Shown: positions 27,967 to 38,245 of the stretch, piece after piece
How the letters are laid out: the number at the start of each line of letters is the position of its first letter
Numbering within the stretch: position 1 is the stretch's first letter
DNA from: a virus
DNA: 64,000 bases
Virus record (IMG/VR): IMGVR_UViG_3300035670_000035
Span: 72,132-136,131 of that record
Direction: 5' to 3' (one strand)
Translations under genes and position numbers: made by a program
Notes under the pieces: model-generated
Databases searched by the model: none
The model's input: the letters and a program-made list of their open reading frames with translations, nothing else
Told to the model about the DNA's origin: nothing

Positions 27967-30069
27967 TCATAGTATATTAAACTTAATATAATTAAAATTA
28001 TCTGTAATATTATCTTCAAAAGATATTATTTGAATAGAATTAGAAGATATATAATTATTTGTATAATAATTAGTGGTATTTGATGTATAATCAATAAAAT
28101 TATGCTCCCAAATTCCAGCATCTGCACAACCTGCTTCTGAAAATATACCACTAAAATAACCACTTCCGCTTATAGTATTTCCAATATGAGATATTCTTGT
28201 TCTTATTCCTGTGCCATGAATATTTCCTGTTAAATATTCTATGTTTTCTAAATGCGTAAGACTTGATTCAACTTCTCCAGTAACTCCAATTATAATAAAT
28301 TTAGGAATATCTTCTTCCTCATTAATCGTTTTATCTTCGCCAGATTCATATAGTTGATAACCTCGTGTTGGTTTACCAGTAACCACAAAATCAAAAAGTA
28401 TAGGATCATCATCGCAATAATCTAAGAATTCGCTATATCTATTTATTCCAGATACTAATCCTACTCCTAAATATTTAAATTTTTTTAAATCTGAATTGCA
28501 GCGCAACAAGCCTGATAGACCCGTTATTATTAATCCTTCATCTGATAAACTAAAAAATCCAGAAACCCCTGTTGTTAATTTAGTAAAAAAGTAATTTCCT
28601 CCTTCAAAAAATCTAAAAAAATCTGGATCAACAATACCAGTTTTATTAATTCCCGTACCATATCCTGTAGCCAATTGATAGTATGGTTGTCCTGTGATAA
28701 TTAATCCTGCCATTGATTCTAAATGCGAGCCACTAAAAGTTTTTAAAAAATATTGACTATTAGTTAAATATACGCCAGAAATATCTCCAGTATAAAGGAC
28801 TGTGAGATAATTCGTTACAGTATTTGAAAATCCCGTAATTTCTACAGGATTATTATCCATATCAACACTATATCCAGTTGATAAAAATCCTCCTGTAGTA
28901 TAAAAAAGCTGTCCCCCACCTAAATATGGTACATAACCAGAAACAGAAACTGTAATTGCGCCACTAGAGGGAACGTCTAAATATACATATCCAGTACCTA
29001 ATCCTGTTCCTGTTATAGTATAATCTAAATAAACATTACCAGTTGCATAAACAAATTCTCTTATTGTTACTCCAGTAACTCCTATAGAATCATTAACTTC
29101 GCCATATGGATTATATCCAGTTAAAACAACAGAAGTATCTAATGTTTTTTCGATATAACCAGAACCAGTTATTATACCAGAAATTGTATCTGTTACATAA
29201 CCTGTTCCAAAAATATTACCAGTAAAAAATCCTGTAGTTCCACTAATATAGTTTAGTTGAATATTTAAATATGAACCACTACTACTACCATAGTTTACAA
29301 AAAATTTTGAAATTTGATTATTAAATATATTAACATTTTCAGTTGGATCAATTGTGAGACTAGAAAATTGTAATGGAATATATTGATTTTTAAAATTAAA
29401 ATCAAAAGATATTGGACCATAATTTGTATTAAAAGTAATTGGTAAGATTAAAGAACTATTATAAAATTGTGTTGCCCCAGAATCTGTAATAATATAAAAG
29501 TATCCTGTATCATAAAATGACAATGGTAAACCCGAAAGAGTGAATTCAGGATTATTAGATATGTAGCCATCAAATATTTTGACATTTAGTTCGGGTTTAT
29601 TATTAATAATTCTTCCGGTAACATAATTTATTATTTCATTTGTATTATCGTTTTTAACTCTATTATTTAATCCAGATATTTGTAAAGTAGTCGCCTCGCC
29701 TCTAATAAAAAAATTAAAATCTACAATTAATCCAGAAGGATCAACGAAAAAATAATTATAATTATGTGTACCAAAAAAATTACTTGTTTTAAAAAAGAAT
29801 TTTGGATTATTATTATAATATAAAGTATCTTTAGAGTTTATTATTTCATTTTTTATTGTAAATGGATTATTAATAGCATAAGAACCTAATAAATTATTAT
29901 AAGGATCATAAAGTTCTCCGCTTTTTATTGTATACGCATATATATTCCCGTTTCCACTAATTCCGAATTTACCAGAACCAATTATGTTATTGATTGATAT
30001 AACCCAATCGGTATTAAAATCTCCAGTTTGATTTAGAAAATTTCTATAAGTTAAATTTTCCGCGATCAT
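27967..30069 (-). CDS. Tail-tip/fibre protein, strongly [ST]G-rich
   Basis: 700 aa with about 50 TG/SG dipeptides by manual count. Confidence 0.55.
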   Translation of the reverse strand: MIAENLTYRNFLNQTGDFNTDWVISINNIIGSGKFGISGNGNIYAYTIKSGELYDPYNNLLGSYAINNPFTIKNEIINSKDTLYYNNNPKFFFKTSNFFGTHNYNYFFVDPSGLIVDFNFFIRGEATTLQISGLNNRVKNDNTNEIINYVTGRIINNKPELNVKIFDGYISNNPEFTLSGLPLSFYDTGYFYIITDSGATQFYNSSLILPITFNTNYGPISFDFNFKNQYIPLQFSSLTIDPTENVNIFNNQISKFFVNYGSSSGSYLNIQLNYISGTTGFFTGNIFGTGYVTDTISGIITGSGYIEKTLDTSVVLTGYNPYGEVNDSIGVTGVTIREFVYATGNVYLDYTITGTGLGTGYVYLDVPSSGAITVSVSGYVPYLGGGQLFYTTGGFLSTGYSVDMDNNPVEITGFSNTVTNYLTVLYTGDISGVYLTNSQYFLKTFSGSHLESMAGLIITGQPYYQLATGYGTGINKTGIVDPDFFRFFEGGNYFFTKLTTGVSGFFSLSDEGLIITGLSGLLRCNSDLKKFKYLGVGLVSGINRYSEFLDYCDDDPILFDFVVTGKPTRGYQLYESGEDKTINEEEDIPKFIIIGVTGEVESSLTHLENIEYLTGNIHGTGIRTRISHIGNTISGSGYFSGIFSEAGCADAGIWEHNFIDYTSNTTNYYTNNYISSNSIQIISFEDNITDNFNYIKFNIL

Positions 30070-30070
30070 T

Positions 30071-33000
30071 TTATATTCCTTTTACATTTCTGTCAAAACG
30101 TCTTGAATTTTGAAATTTTAAAAGGTCAGAAGATATTCCTTTAACTATTTTTGTTCCATATTGGAGATTTGTGCTAATTCCTTGTTCTGTAATTTCAATA
30201 CTAAGGCTTTCTAATCCTCTTAGGATTTCTGTTGAATAATCTTTGATATCTGGTAATCCTTTAATTTCTAAACTTAAACTATCATCTGGATCAGTATTTG
30301 AAAATACGTTTCCAGTATAAGCATTGTTTATGCTTGATAAATAATTTAGATTTGGAATACATCCGTATCCTTTTGAACCCGTAAATGATTTAAAATCATC
30401 ATCTGTCAGTTTAGTATACACAACATCAAAATTTCTTATATTATCCCCACAAGTCATATTACTATAAACTCCTGTTTGTATTTTGGGTAAAGTGACAGGT
30501 TGATCAAAGGCTTGAGATACATAAACTCTATAAGCTGGCACTCTAAAAGTCTCAGTCTTTAAAGCGCTATCGCATGGCCTAGCTTTATCTCCTTTATTCG
30601 CGGTAGATTTTAATGTATTTTCTTCAATTAACGCTTTTGTATTTTTTGGTACTAATGTATGAGGAGGAGTATATATTCTTGGAAGAGCTAATCCAGTTGA
30701 AATTATTTCAATTTCGTGACATTTATTATTTATTAAGCCAATCGGTGTTTGCGATGAATATTTTCCACCAACTCTTTTTAATAATTTTTTAGTTACAGCA
30801 GCAGTTTTATCTGTTGGATGATTTTTAGTCGTCGCAAAATCCTCATTAAGTGATGGAGTTACCTTAAAATCTCCTTTATATACAATAAAGATTTTTATTT
30901 TAGCAGATTTACCATCTCCTATAAATCCAGTTCTTCCTCCATAAGCAGAAGTCATCCAGGTTGCATTTGGAGGTACTCCATTATTTCCGAATAATTTCCA
31001 TTCTAAATTTCCTAATTTATCTGAGATAAGTTCATTATAATTTTCTTGGAACTGTTGAACTTCTGGAATCCATTTTGCTTCTCGATCAAGAATAATTGCA
31101 GTTTGTTCGAATCTTGGAATTATTTCATTAGATTTTTTAAGAGAAAACATTGATCCTGCCGCACCTGCGCTATCAGTATAACTATTTGGGGTATCCATTA
31201 ATGAAACAACATCTTGATTGTTAACTTTAGAAGTTTGAAGATCAAAACCTTGAGTAGAAGTTGGGGCTGATGTTGCATCTGGTTTAGCAGGATCAAAATT
31301 TGATAAGTTTTCAGGACCAACTATACATCCAAGATAACCACTTTTATAATATTTATATCTACTTAATGGATGACTACCAATGCCATCTTTTTTGGAATAT
31401 ATTTGAGCACTACCATCTGCAGATTCAATATTTGTATTATTTTTTATAAATTCTTCATTTCCTGTCATTCCGCATAATCTAAAAAGGCTTTCTCTAACAT
31501 AGAATCTTCCTAAGAAATCATAAAGTTCATCTTCCATCTCATATCTTTTCTCAAGAGCAAATTCGTCAATATATGCTACTACAAAAAACCCACTATTTAT
31601 TAAAAGCTTCTCTCGATCCATCGAATTCATTTGTCTTTTTAGAGTATGATAATTCATATTAGCAAGTTTTTGAAATTCTGTTATTTCTCTATCTTCTTGT
31701 GATAGATTACAATCTACTACTGCTAAAATTCGCATATCACCATATTCTGGAATAACTTTTGTATCAGGTACAACATATTGTTCGCCTGTTCTTTGTGCGT
31801 TACGATTAGATCCTGAAAAAAATAAGTTAAAATCTGTAATATATTGTATCATATCTTTAGAAGATTTCATATCATATATATTTCTTAACCAAAATAAATC
31901 TCTTAATAAAGGATTATATGCTCTTAAAATTGCTCCAACAACATCTGTATTAGAATTTATATCTTTACCATTAAGCGCGGTTCTTGTTCTATTTCCTAAA
32001 TAGTCTGCTCCATATAGAGCAGAAAGAACAACTGTGGTAGCCTTAGAACAATTAGCGCTCTTTCTTTCTCCTCCTCTTTCGTACCAAGATATTGCGCCTC
32101 TCTGAGATGTTCTCTCTGATGTTACTTCGTGTTCATAAGAAATTAAAGTACTTTTCCTTTTGTATTCATTTACAATATTTCCCACGGGGACTTGTATTTC
32201 TTGGGCTGATAAATCAATAAATTTAATTTTTTTATCTTTTAAATCATAAAACCAATTTAGTCCAAATTCATTTGCCCAAGATGTTAAAACTTCTCTTAAT
32301 GGTCCAAAATGATCTCTATAAAATTTTTGATATTTATTTATATCACTTTCTATTGCTTTTGGTATTTCTATATCGATTTCTGTTGATCCTTGTCTTGGTT
32401 TATATGTTTTAAATGCATCAACAAAATCTTTAAACGAGTATCCAATTTCAAATATAGTAGTATAAGAAAGTTCTTTGCAACGATTTTCATATTTATCTTC
32501 TGGACAACTTGGACATGGATCACATGGATCAACATTGAATGCTTCATCAAAAGATATCATATTATCTTTATTTTCGTCACAAGGATGAAATTGTCTACCA
32601 ATAATCCAAAAATTATCTGTTATTTTTTGACTTATATTCGGTGAAATTGCGGATGAGCTTGAAGAAGAAGAAGAAGAAGAACCTAAAGATTCAATAAATG
32701 TATTTTTATTTCTTTCTTCAATTTCTTTACCAAAACCATTCGTCCACGCGTGTTTTCCATTTAAACCAATAAATATTTTGTCTAACATAAAACTTGGATC
32801 AATAAAGGATATCTCTAATATATTTCCTTGAGAAGAATATCTATTTTTATATTTATAAGGATACATATCTCCTAAATCTAAATCTCCAATCTTCACTTTT
32901 ACTGTAGTTTTAAAATTTATGGTAGGTGTTTGATATTGACCATTTGCACTAATTACATTAATCTGAACTTCGCTAGGTCTTTCGCTAAAATTTGGCGAAA

Positions 33001-33091
33001 AATTACAATGATATATCCTTCCGCCCGCATAATTTACATCATTATCTAAAGTTATAGATTGTACTTTAATTTTACTAGGAGTGCTACTCAT
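30071..33091 (-). CDS. Putative tail hub/central tip protein
   Basis: Position after distal-tail genes; beta-rich N-terminus, FGLNWFYD motif, C-terminal LESLSIEITEQGISTNLQYGT strands; poly-Ser and EF-hand-like loop. Confidence 0.5.
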   Translation of the reverse strand: MSSTPSKIKVQSITLDNDVNYAGGRIYHCNFSPNFSERPSEVQINVISANGQYQTPTINFKTTVKVKIGDLDLGDMYPYKYKNRYSSQGNILEISFIDPSFMLDKIFIGLNGKHAWTNGFGKEIEERNKNTFIESLGSSSSSSSSSSAISPNISQKITDNFWIIGRQFHPCDENKDNMISFDEAFNVDPCDPCPSCPEDKYENRCKELSYTTIFEIGYSFKDFVDAFKTYKPRQGSTEIDIEIPKAIESDINKYQKFYRDHFGPLREVLTSWANEFGLNWFYDLKDKKIKFIDLSAQEIQVPVGNIVNEYKRKSTLISYEHEVTSERTSQRGAISWYERGGERKSANCSKATTVVLSALYGADYLGNRTRTALNGKDINSNTDVVGAILRAYNPLLRDLFWLRNIYDMKSSKDMIQYITDFNLFFSGSNRNAQRTGEQYVVPDTKVIPEYGDMRILAVVDCNLSQEDREITEFQKLANMNYHTLKRQMNSMDREKLLINSGFFVVAYIDEFALEKRYEMEDELYDFLGRFYVRESLFRLCGMTGNEEFIKNNTNIESADGSAQIYSKKDGIGSHPLSRYKYYKSGYLGCIVGPENLSNFDPAKPDATSAPTSTQGFDLQTSKVNNQDVVSLMDTPNSYTDSAGAAGSMFSLKKSNEIIPRFEQTAIILDREAKWIPEVQQFQENYNELISDKLGNLEWKLFGNNGVPPNATWMTSAYGGRTGFIGDGKSAKIKIFIVYKGDFKVTPSLNEDFATTKNHPTDKTAAVTKKLLKRVGGKYSSQTPIGLINNKCHEIEIISTGLALPRIYTPPHTLVPKNTKALIEENTLKSTANKGDKARPCDSALKTETFRVPAYRVYVSQAFDQPVTLPKIQTGVYSNMTCGDNIRNFDVVYTKLTDDDFKSFTGSKGYGCIPNLNYLSSINNAYTGNVFSNTDPDDSLSLEIKGLPDIKDYSTEILRGLESLSIEITEQGISTNLQYGTKIVKGISSDLLKFQNSRRFDRNVKGI

Positions 33092-36000
33092 TGAAATAAT
33101 TGTCCGTATTATTATATATAATTACATCTGTTTTGTCATAAAAATTTGGATTATAAAATTGATCATTTTCAGATATTTCATAATAACTATCAGATCTTAA
33201 TTTAATACCATTTAGCCAAATTAATTGGCTATTTTTACTAAATCTAGGTAAGTCAAAGCTATACATAGAACCTGTATATCTATCATATTCTAGTAATAAA
33301 TTAAAAGCATGAATTATTCCTGTAACAGGTATATTTCCTGTAATATATTCAATATTTGGAGCATTAAAGTTGTAGTGATATCCACTTATTAATTTTTGTC
33401 CATTTAAATATAAAAAGTCTTTATTATTTAAAGATAAGCCAGTCTCTCCAGTATAATTAAATATTGCTTCACCAGTTTTTATAAAATCAGCTTCAATATT
33501 ATCAAAAAAATCATATAAACTGATAGGCGAGCCTAATGTATCATTTAATAAATAGTTTAAACCACTAATTTGAGCAACGCCATTTAAATTTACTGAATAA
33601 TTTGCTCCAGTATTTCTAAATCTAAAACTATTAGAAGCCTTGCTCATTAATAGCGAATTATTTAAACTAATATCTAATCCACTATTTATTTTAAATAAAT
33701 ATATTTCAAGAATATCATCATTATCAATTAATTGATTAATTAGCAATAGATCTATTCCTAAAGAATTTAAATAATCTAAATTTTTATTTAATGTATAATT
33801 TTTAGTATAATTTAAAATTGTAGTTTTATTTGCTATGTATCCGTTTTGTTTATTAAATATATTTTTAGATTCTGAACTATGATACCCTGAATCTAAATAG
33901 ATAGTATCAACCATATTTACACGAGAGCCATCATTAACATATACAAATTCATAAATATAATTTCCAGTTTTTGATGCGTCATAGATTCCAGAAGAGAATC
34001 CAGTTTGATAAGTTCCATTACTAATTAATTTTTGAGATGTAAATGATGAAGTTGTTATATCTATTCCAGTTAATACATCGCCAGTAATAACTCCTATGAT
34101 TCCAGAGACAAGATGCATCGGAAATCCTGTTCCACAAAACTGAGGAATATCTTTATACCAACCAGTATTGTATCCAGTTATTCCAGAGAATAATACTTGA
34201 TTTTCAAAACCAGAGATTTGACTTACGATAACAGTAGTTGTTTCTGTTATTGTTATTGGTCTTTCGACTTCTATATTATATATAAAATGCGCATTACCAG
34301 AGGCTAGATTTTTTACTTCCTGACCAGTTATATATTCTGCATAAGTTCCATATTCTGAAGTATTATATTTTTTAATATCATTTAAAGAATCTCCATATCC
34401 CGCGTTGCCATAATAAGTTAGATCTTCATTTTCAAAAAGTATTGAAGAAGAATAATATCCAGCATCTATTTGAATTGCACCAGTTAAGCCAATTGGATCT
34501 GTGGCTTGTCCGCCACCATCTTCACCCCATCCTGTTATTGAATTATCTGTATTTAATATAGCTATTGTATGTAAGTTACCCGCTGCTATATCTAATACTC
34601 CAGTTAGGTTATTTCCGTTTCTTGGATATGCTCCTACTCCTTCGCCACCCCAACCAGTAATTGTATTATCTATTCTTAAAGCAATATTATGATAATCTCC
34701 AACAGAAATTTTTGATACCCCTGTAAGTTCTGATATAAGAGTCTCTTCAAATGCTCCAGTAAATCTTCCGTCAGTATCACTATTATAAATATAATCTAAT
34801 TGAACATATTTTGGTTTTACATTAATTTCACCATAATAACCATTATCTTCTACTCCACTCCAATTAGTTAATGGTAATAATGAAGAAGTTCCATTACCAT
34901 TTCTGTATCCAGTTATTCCAGAATAAACAATCCAATTAATTCCACTTCTAAATATTCTCCATTTGTTTATATCGTTAATATATCCAGAAGTAGAGTTATA
35001 GCTATATAAAAGATTTATTCCTGTATCTATACTATTTTCAACTACTATTTGATATGGAAGATTTAAGTCGTTTGATAATGGTGGAGGAGTAACGTTTCCT
35101 GTTAAATTAATAGTATCAGATGCTCCACTATAATTTAAAATCCATCCAGTAGTATTGTTATATAATGAAAGATTAAAATTTTCAAAATCATTGATATATT
35201 TATACGCTGGTTTACTATTGTAATCTCCAGTATAATCCAATATTAATCCTAATAAATATGTATAATTTTCATATATTCCTGTAATTCTTAATTTTAATGG
35301 ATAAGATAAATTATCTCTATCATTAATAGAAGCCACTTGATTATAACTATTATCTCCCCAACTTAATAATGTTCCATCTGTTTTTAAAAACAACGCATGA
35401 TTGAGACCTAATTCAATAGCGGAAATATTTGATAATTGACCCAGAGGAGAAGTGCTGTAATTTCCAGTAAAGTAACCAGAAGAATTATCATAATCTATTG
35501 TGCCAAATATTTTTCCAAAACTATTTTTACCCCATCCAGTAACAGTATTATCATCTTTAAGAGCTAAACAAGCGCTTCCTTTACATGATATGTCTATTAT
35601 GTTTGTTAATTTTCCAACTGGAGATCCAGTCCAATGCCCCGCGTATCCTGTAGCTCCATAAAGAGTTCCTTCATCATTATTTCCCCAACCAGTAATTGTA
35701 TTATCTTTTAATAAAGCTAATACTGTTAAATCATTTAAAGTAGTTGTGTCTCTGAATATTTCTAATTTTTCAATTTGCCCAGTTAGAAGTAAAAGATTTT
35801 GTGGATTAGGTAAGTTATAACCAGTTACCCCAGTAAGATCAAGGCTATAATTACTTCCAGTTATGCTTCCAGAGATAACTCCAGCTTGATCTAAGAATTG
35901 ATTACTAAAACATCCAGTTATATCAGAATAGCTATCAAAAATATGAGTAATATTACTTGGATAGTTTATATAACCATAGAATTGATTGTTTAAAGAAAAT

Positions 36001-36719
36001 GTATAATATGAATTTAAGTTATAAACAAATTGATCTATTACATTATTTAATTGAAAATCAGTAATATTTTTATTTATTAATATAAAGTCTTTTAAATAAC
36101 CACTATAGTTAGGAAAATTAGAAAATTTACCACTACTTAAAATTATAGATCCTGTTACATTTGGTGTTAAATTATTATCTATTTGAAAAGCTTCTGTATA
36201 AAAATCATCATATCCAGCATTATAATAACTTATAAATATATTGCCTCCATATCCTCTAACAGATAATATGCCTTTTGTATCTAAATTATAATTTGTAGTT
36301 AAATATTTTAATTCATTATTAGTATCATAGTATTCTATAAGAATATTATTATAATTACTTACGCAAATATTAAATCCATAATATTTGCCATTAGATCCAG
36401 TATTTAAATTAGAAAATAAAACACAAGGACTATTATTTGTCTTTTCATAGGAATATATAAAAGTAAATTGTTCTGTGCTGAAATTAGATAAATTTATATC
36501 TATTCTGCTATCTCCAGTAAAATATAAATAACCAGTTTGGGCATTTAAATTATCAACTAGATTTGATCCGCTATAGAAACCAGTATATTGCACATATGGA
36601 CTATTATTGTATGTATAATAATTTCCACTAAAGTTAAGAGGATCAAAAAAGTAATGTATAATATAATTATTAGTTTCTACGCTCAGTGGATTTAAGAAAT
36701 ATTTTGTATCGTTTTTCAT
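33084..36719 (-). CDS. Tail protein with LamG-like N-terminus and RCC1 repeats
   Basis: YSGYLKDFILINKNIT (LamG end); several ALLKDNTITGWG.N repeats; C-terminal YLNGQKL, WLNGIKL repeats. Confidence 0.7.
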   Translation of the reverse strand: MKNDTKYFLNPLSVETNNYIIHYFFDPLNFSGNYYTYNNSPYVQYTGFYSGSNLVDNLNAQTGYLYFTGDSRIDINLSNFSTEQFTFIYSYEKTNNSPCVLFSNLNTGSNGKYYGFNICVSNYNNILIEYYDTNNELKYLTTNYNLDTKGILSVRGYGGNIFISYYNAGYDDFYTEAFQIDNNLTPNVTGSIILSSGKFSNFPNYSGYLKDFILINKNITDFQLNNVIDQFVYNLNSYYTFSLNNQFYGYINYPSNITHIFDSYSDITGCFSNQFLDQAGVISGSITGSNYSLDLTGVTGYNLPNPQNLLLLTGQIEKLEIFRDTTTLNDLTVLALLKDNTITGWGNNDEGTLYGATGYAGHWTGSPVGKLTNIIDISCKGSACLALKDDNTVTGWGKNSFGKIFGTIDYDNSSGYFTGNYSTSPLGQLSNISAIELGLNHALFLKTDGTLLSWGDNSYNQVASINDRDNLSYPLKLRITGIYENYTYLLGLILDYTGDYNSKPAYKYINDFENFNLSLYNNTTGWILNYSGASDTINLTGNVTPPPLSNDLNLPYQIVVENSIDTGINLLYSYNSTSGYINDINKWRIFRSGINWIVYSGITGYRNGNGTSSLLPLTNWSGVEDNGYYGEINVKPKYVQLDYIYNSDTDGRFTGAFEETLISELTGVSKISVGDYHNIALRIDNTITGWGGEGVGAYPRNGNNLTGVLDIAAGNLHTIAILNTDNSITGWGEDGGGQATDPIGLTGAIQIDAGYYSSSILFENEDLTYYGNAGYGDSLNDIKKYNTSEYGTYAEYITGQEVKNLASGNAHFIYNIEVERPITITETTTVIVSQISGFENQVLFSGITGYNTGWYKDIPQFCGTGFPMHLVSGIIGVITGDVLTGIDITTSSFTSQKLISNGTYQTGFSSGIYDASKTGNYIYEFVYVNDGSRVNMVDTIYLDSGYHSSESKNIFNKQNGYIANKTTILNYTKNYTLNKNLDYLNSLGIDLLLINQLIDNDDILEIYLFKINSGLDISLNNSLLMSKASNSFRFRNTGANYSVNLNGVAQISGLNYLLNDTLGSPISLYDFFDNIEADFIKTGEAIFNYTGETGLSLNNKDFLYLNGQKLISGYHYNFNAPNIEYITGNIPVTGIIHAFNLLLEYDRYTGSMYSFDLPRFSKNSQLIWLNGIKLRSDSYYEISENDQFYNPNFYDKTDVIIYNNTDNYFNE

Positions 36720-38245
36720 ATTATATCCGAGAATGTTTTATCATTTCCTACTTTTTGTTGAGTATAACTAAATGTTTTATTATTATGATCAATACTTACC
36801 TCATCTTTCAATATTAAAATTTTAGATAAACTTACTAAATCTCCGCTTTTTGTTAAAGAATCACGAAAACTTTGATCTGGAGGAATATCATCAGCATATT
36901 TGCAATTAATAGTTGTATTTAATACTGAATTATTAATATAATCTAAATTTTCTAAATAATAATGTCCTTGACCACTTAAAAGGGGAGTAAATGTATTCTG
37001 TGGAAATCCTGGTTGATAATCTACATCAATAGAAAGATCGTAATATTTTATACCATTCTGATCTCCAATTATATTTGGGGAACTAATATAATTTTCGCTA
37101 TAATTTGATAATTTAGTAACAATACCTGTTCCTTCAGATGAACTTTCTAGTATAAAAGAGCTTGATGTAGGATCATAAATTTTTAATTTATCTGATATTT
37201 TTTTATCAAGATCACTTTTTGTATTTTCTGTATCTTTTACTACAGTTATGGGTTTTACTTCTGAAGTAAAATTAGCTGTATAGTTTTTATTAAAAAAATC
37301 ATAGTTAAAACTTAAACTATTTGCTACTTTATTACCATTAGAAGTTATAGTCTTATCATTAGAATAAGTTGTATTAATTTCTAATGTTTTGCTTACGTCA
37401 TCAAAACTACTTGTATTAGATATTACTGAAAAACCTTCTGGGATAGAAAAATTATTGGTTTTTGCCAAATTTTGTAAATCTTGTTCTGAAGTATTCAAAC
37501 CTCCAACTATTGTTGATATTTTATTTATGGTTGATAATCCATCAATACTAGATTGGATTTCTATTGAATTTTTTATTATGCCCTTTTTTGAAAGATCTTT
37601 TTTTAATAAATTGGCTGTAAAATTTTGTTGTATTGAATATGTACCATTAAAAATATCGGCGGTTTCGGAAGAGCTATTTAATACTATATTTGAAAAATTT
37701 TGATTAGTGTTACTTGAAGAAAAGTTTAATTTCCAATCAGTCGTTTTCCCACTAAGTAATTGAGCGTATGTTTTAGCATCTAAAACAGGATTTGATCCAT
37801 TAACTGATACGGCGCCAACGTTTATATTTCTGCTAATTGTAATTGTGCCATCAATATTTTCAGTAACGTTTATTTCATTGCTGGCGCTAATTGTTTTATT
37901 AAGATTATCGTTTACAAACGCATAACATTCACAATCTACAGAATAAGGTACATGACCTATCCAATTTGATTCTTGTAAATTAACGTTAGTTAATGTACAA
38001 TTCTGATTTGTTAAACTTATAAAACTATCTAGAAATGTTTTAATATCAATTGGTGATAATTGGTTTGGAATGTTACCTCCAATTCCCTGCGGTAAGTATT
38101 CGCCTTCGATACTAAATATTACTTTATTTGCATAATGTTTTGCGCCATCAAAAATAGGCTCTATTCTTTTTGTGGCGAATGTTGTTATTCCATTATTAGA
38201 ATTTAAAGATCCTTCTAAGAGATTAAGGGGTAAAGATATACTCAT
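36716..38245 (-). CDS. Distal tail/baseplate protein
   Basis: Second gene downstream of the TMP; repeated beta modules similar to 38242-39924. Confidence 0.5.
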   Translation of the reverse strand: MSISLPLNLLEGSLNSNNGITTFATKRIEPIFDGAKHYANKVIFSIEGEYLPQGIGGNIPNQLSPIDIKTFLDSFISLTNQNCTLTNVNLQESNWIGHVPYSVDCECYAFVNDNLNKTISASNEINVTENIDGTITISRNINVGAVSVNGSNPVLDAKTYAQLLSGKTTDWKLNFSSSNTNQNFSNIVLNSSSETADIFNGTYSIQQNFTANLLKKDLSKKGIIKNSIEIQSSIDGLSTINKISTIVGGLNTSEQDLQNLAKTNNFSIPEGFSVISNTSSFDDVSKTLEINTTYSNDKTITSNGNKVANSLSFNYDFFNKNYTANFTSEVKPITVVKDTENTKSDLDKKISDKLKIYDPTSSSFILESSSEGTGIVTKLSNYSENYISSPNIIGDQNGIKYYDLSIDVDYQPGFPQNTFTPLLSGQGHYYLENLDYINNSVLNTTINCKYADDIPPDQSFRDSLTKSGDLVSLSKILILKDEVSIDHNNKTFSYTQQKVGNDKTFSDII

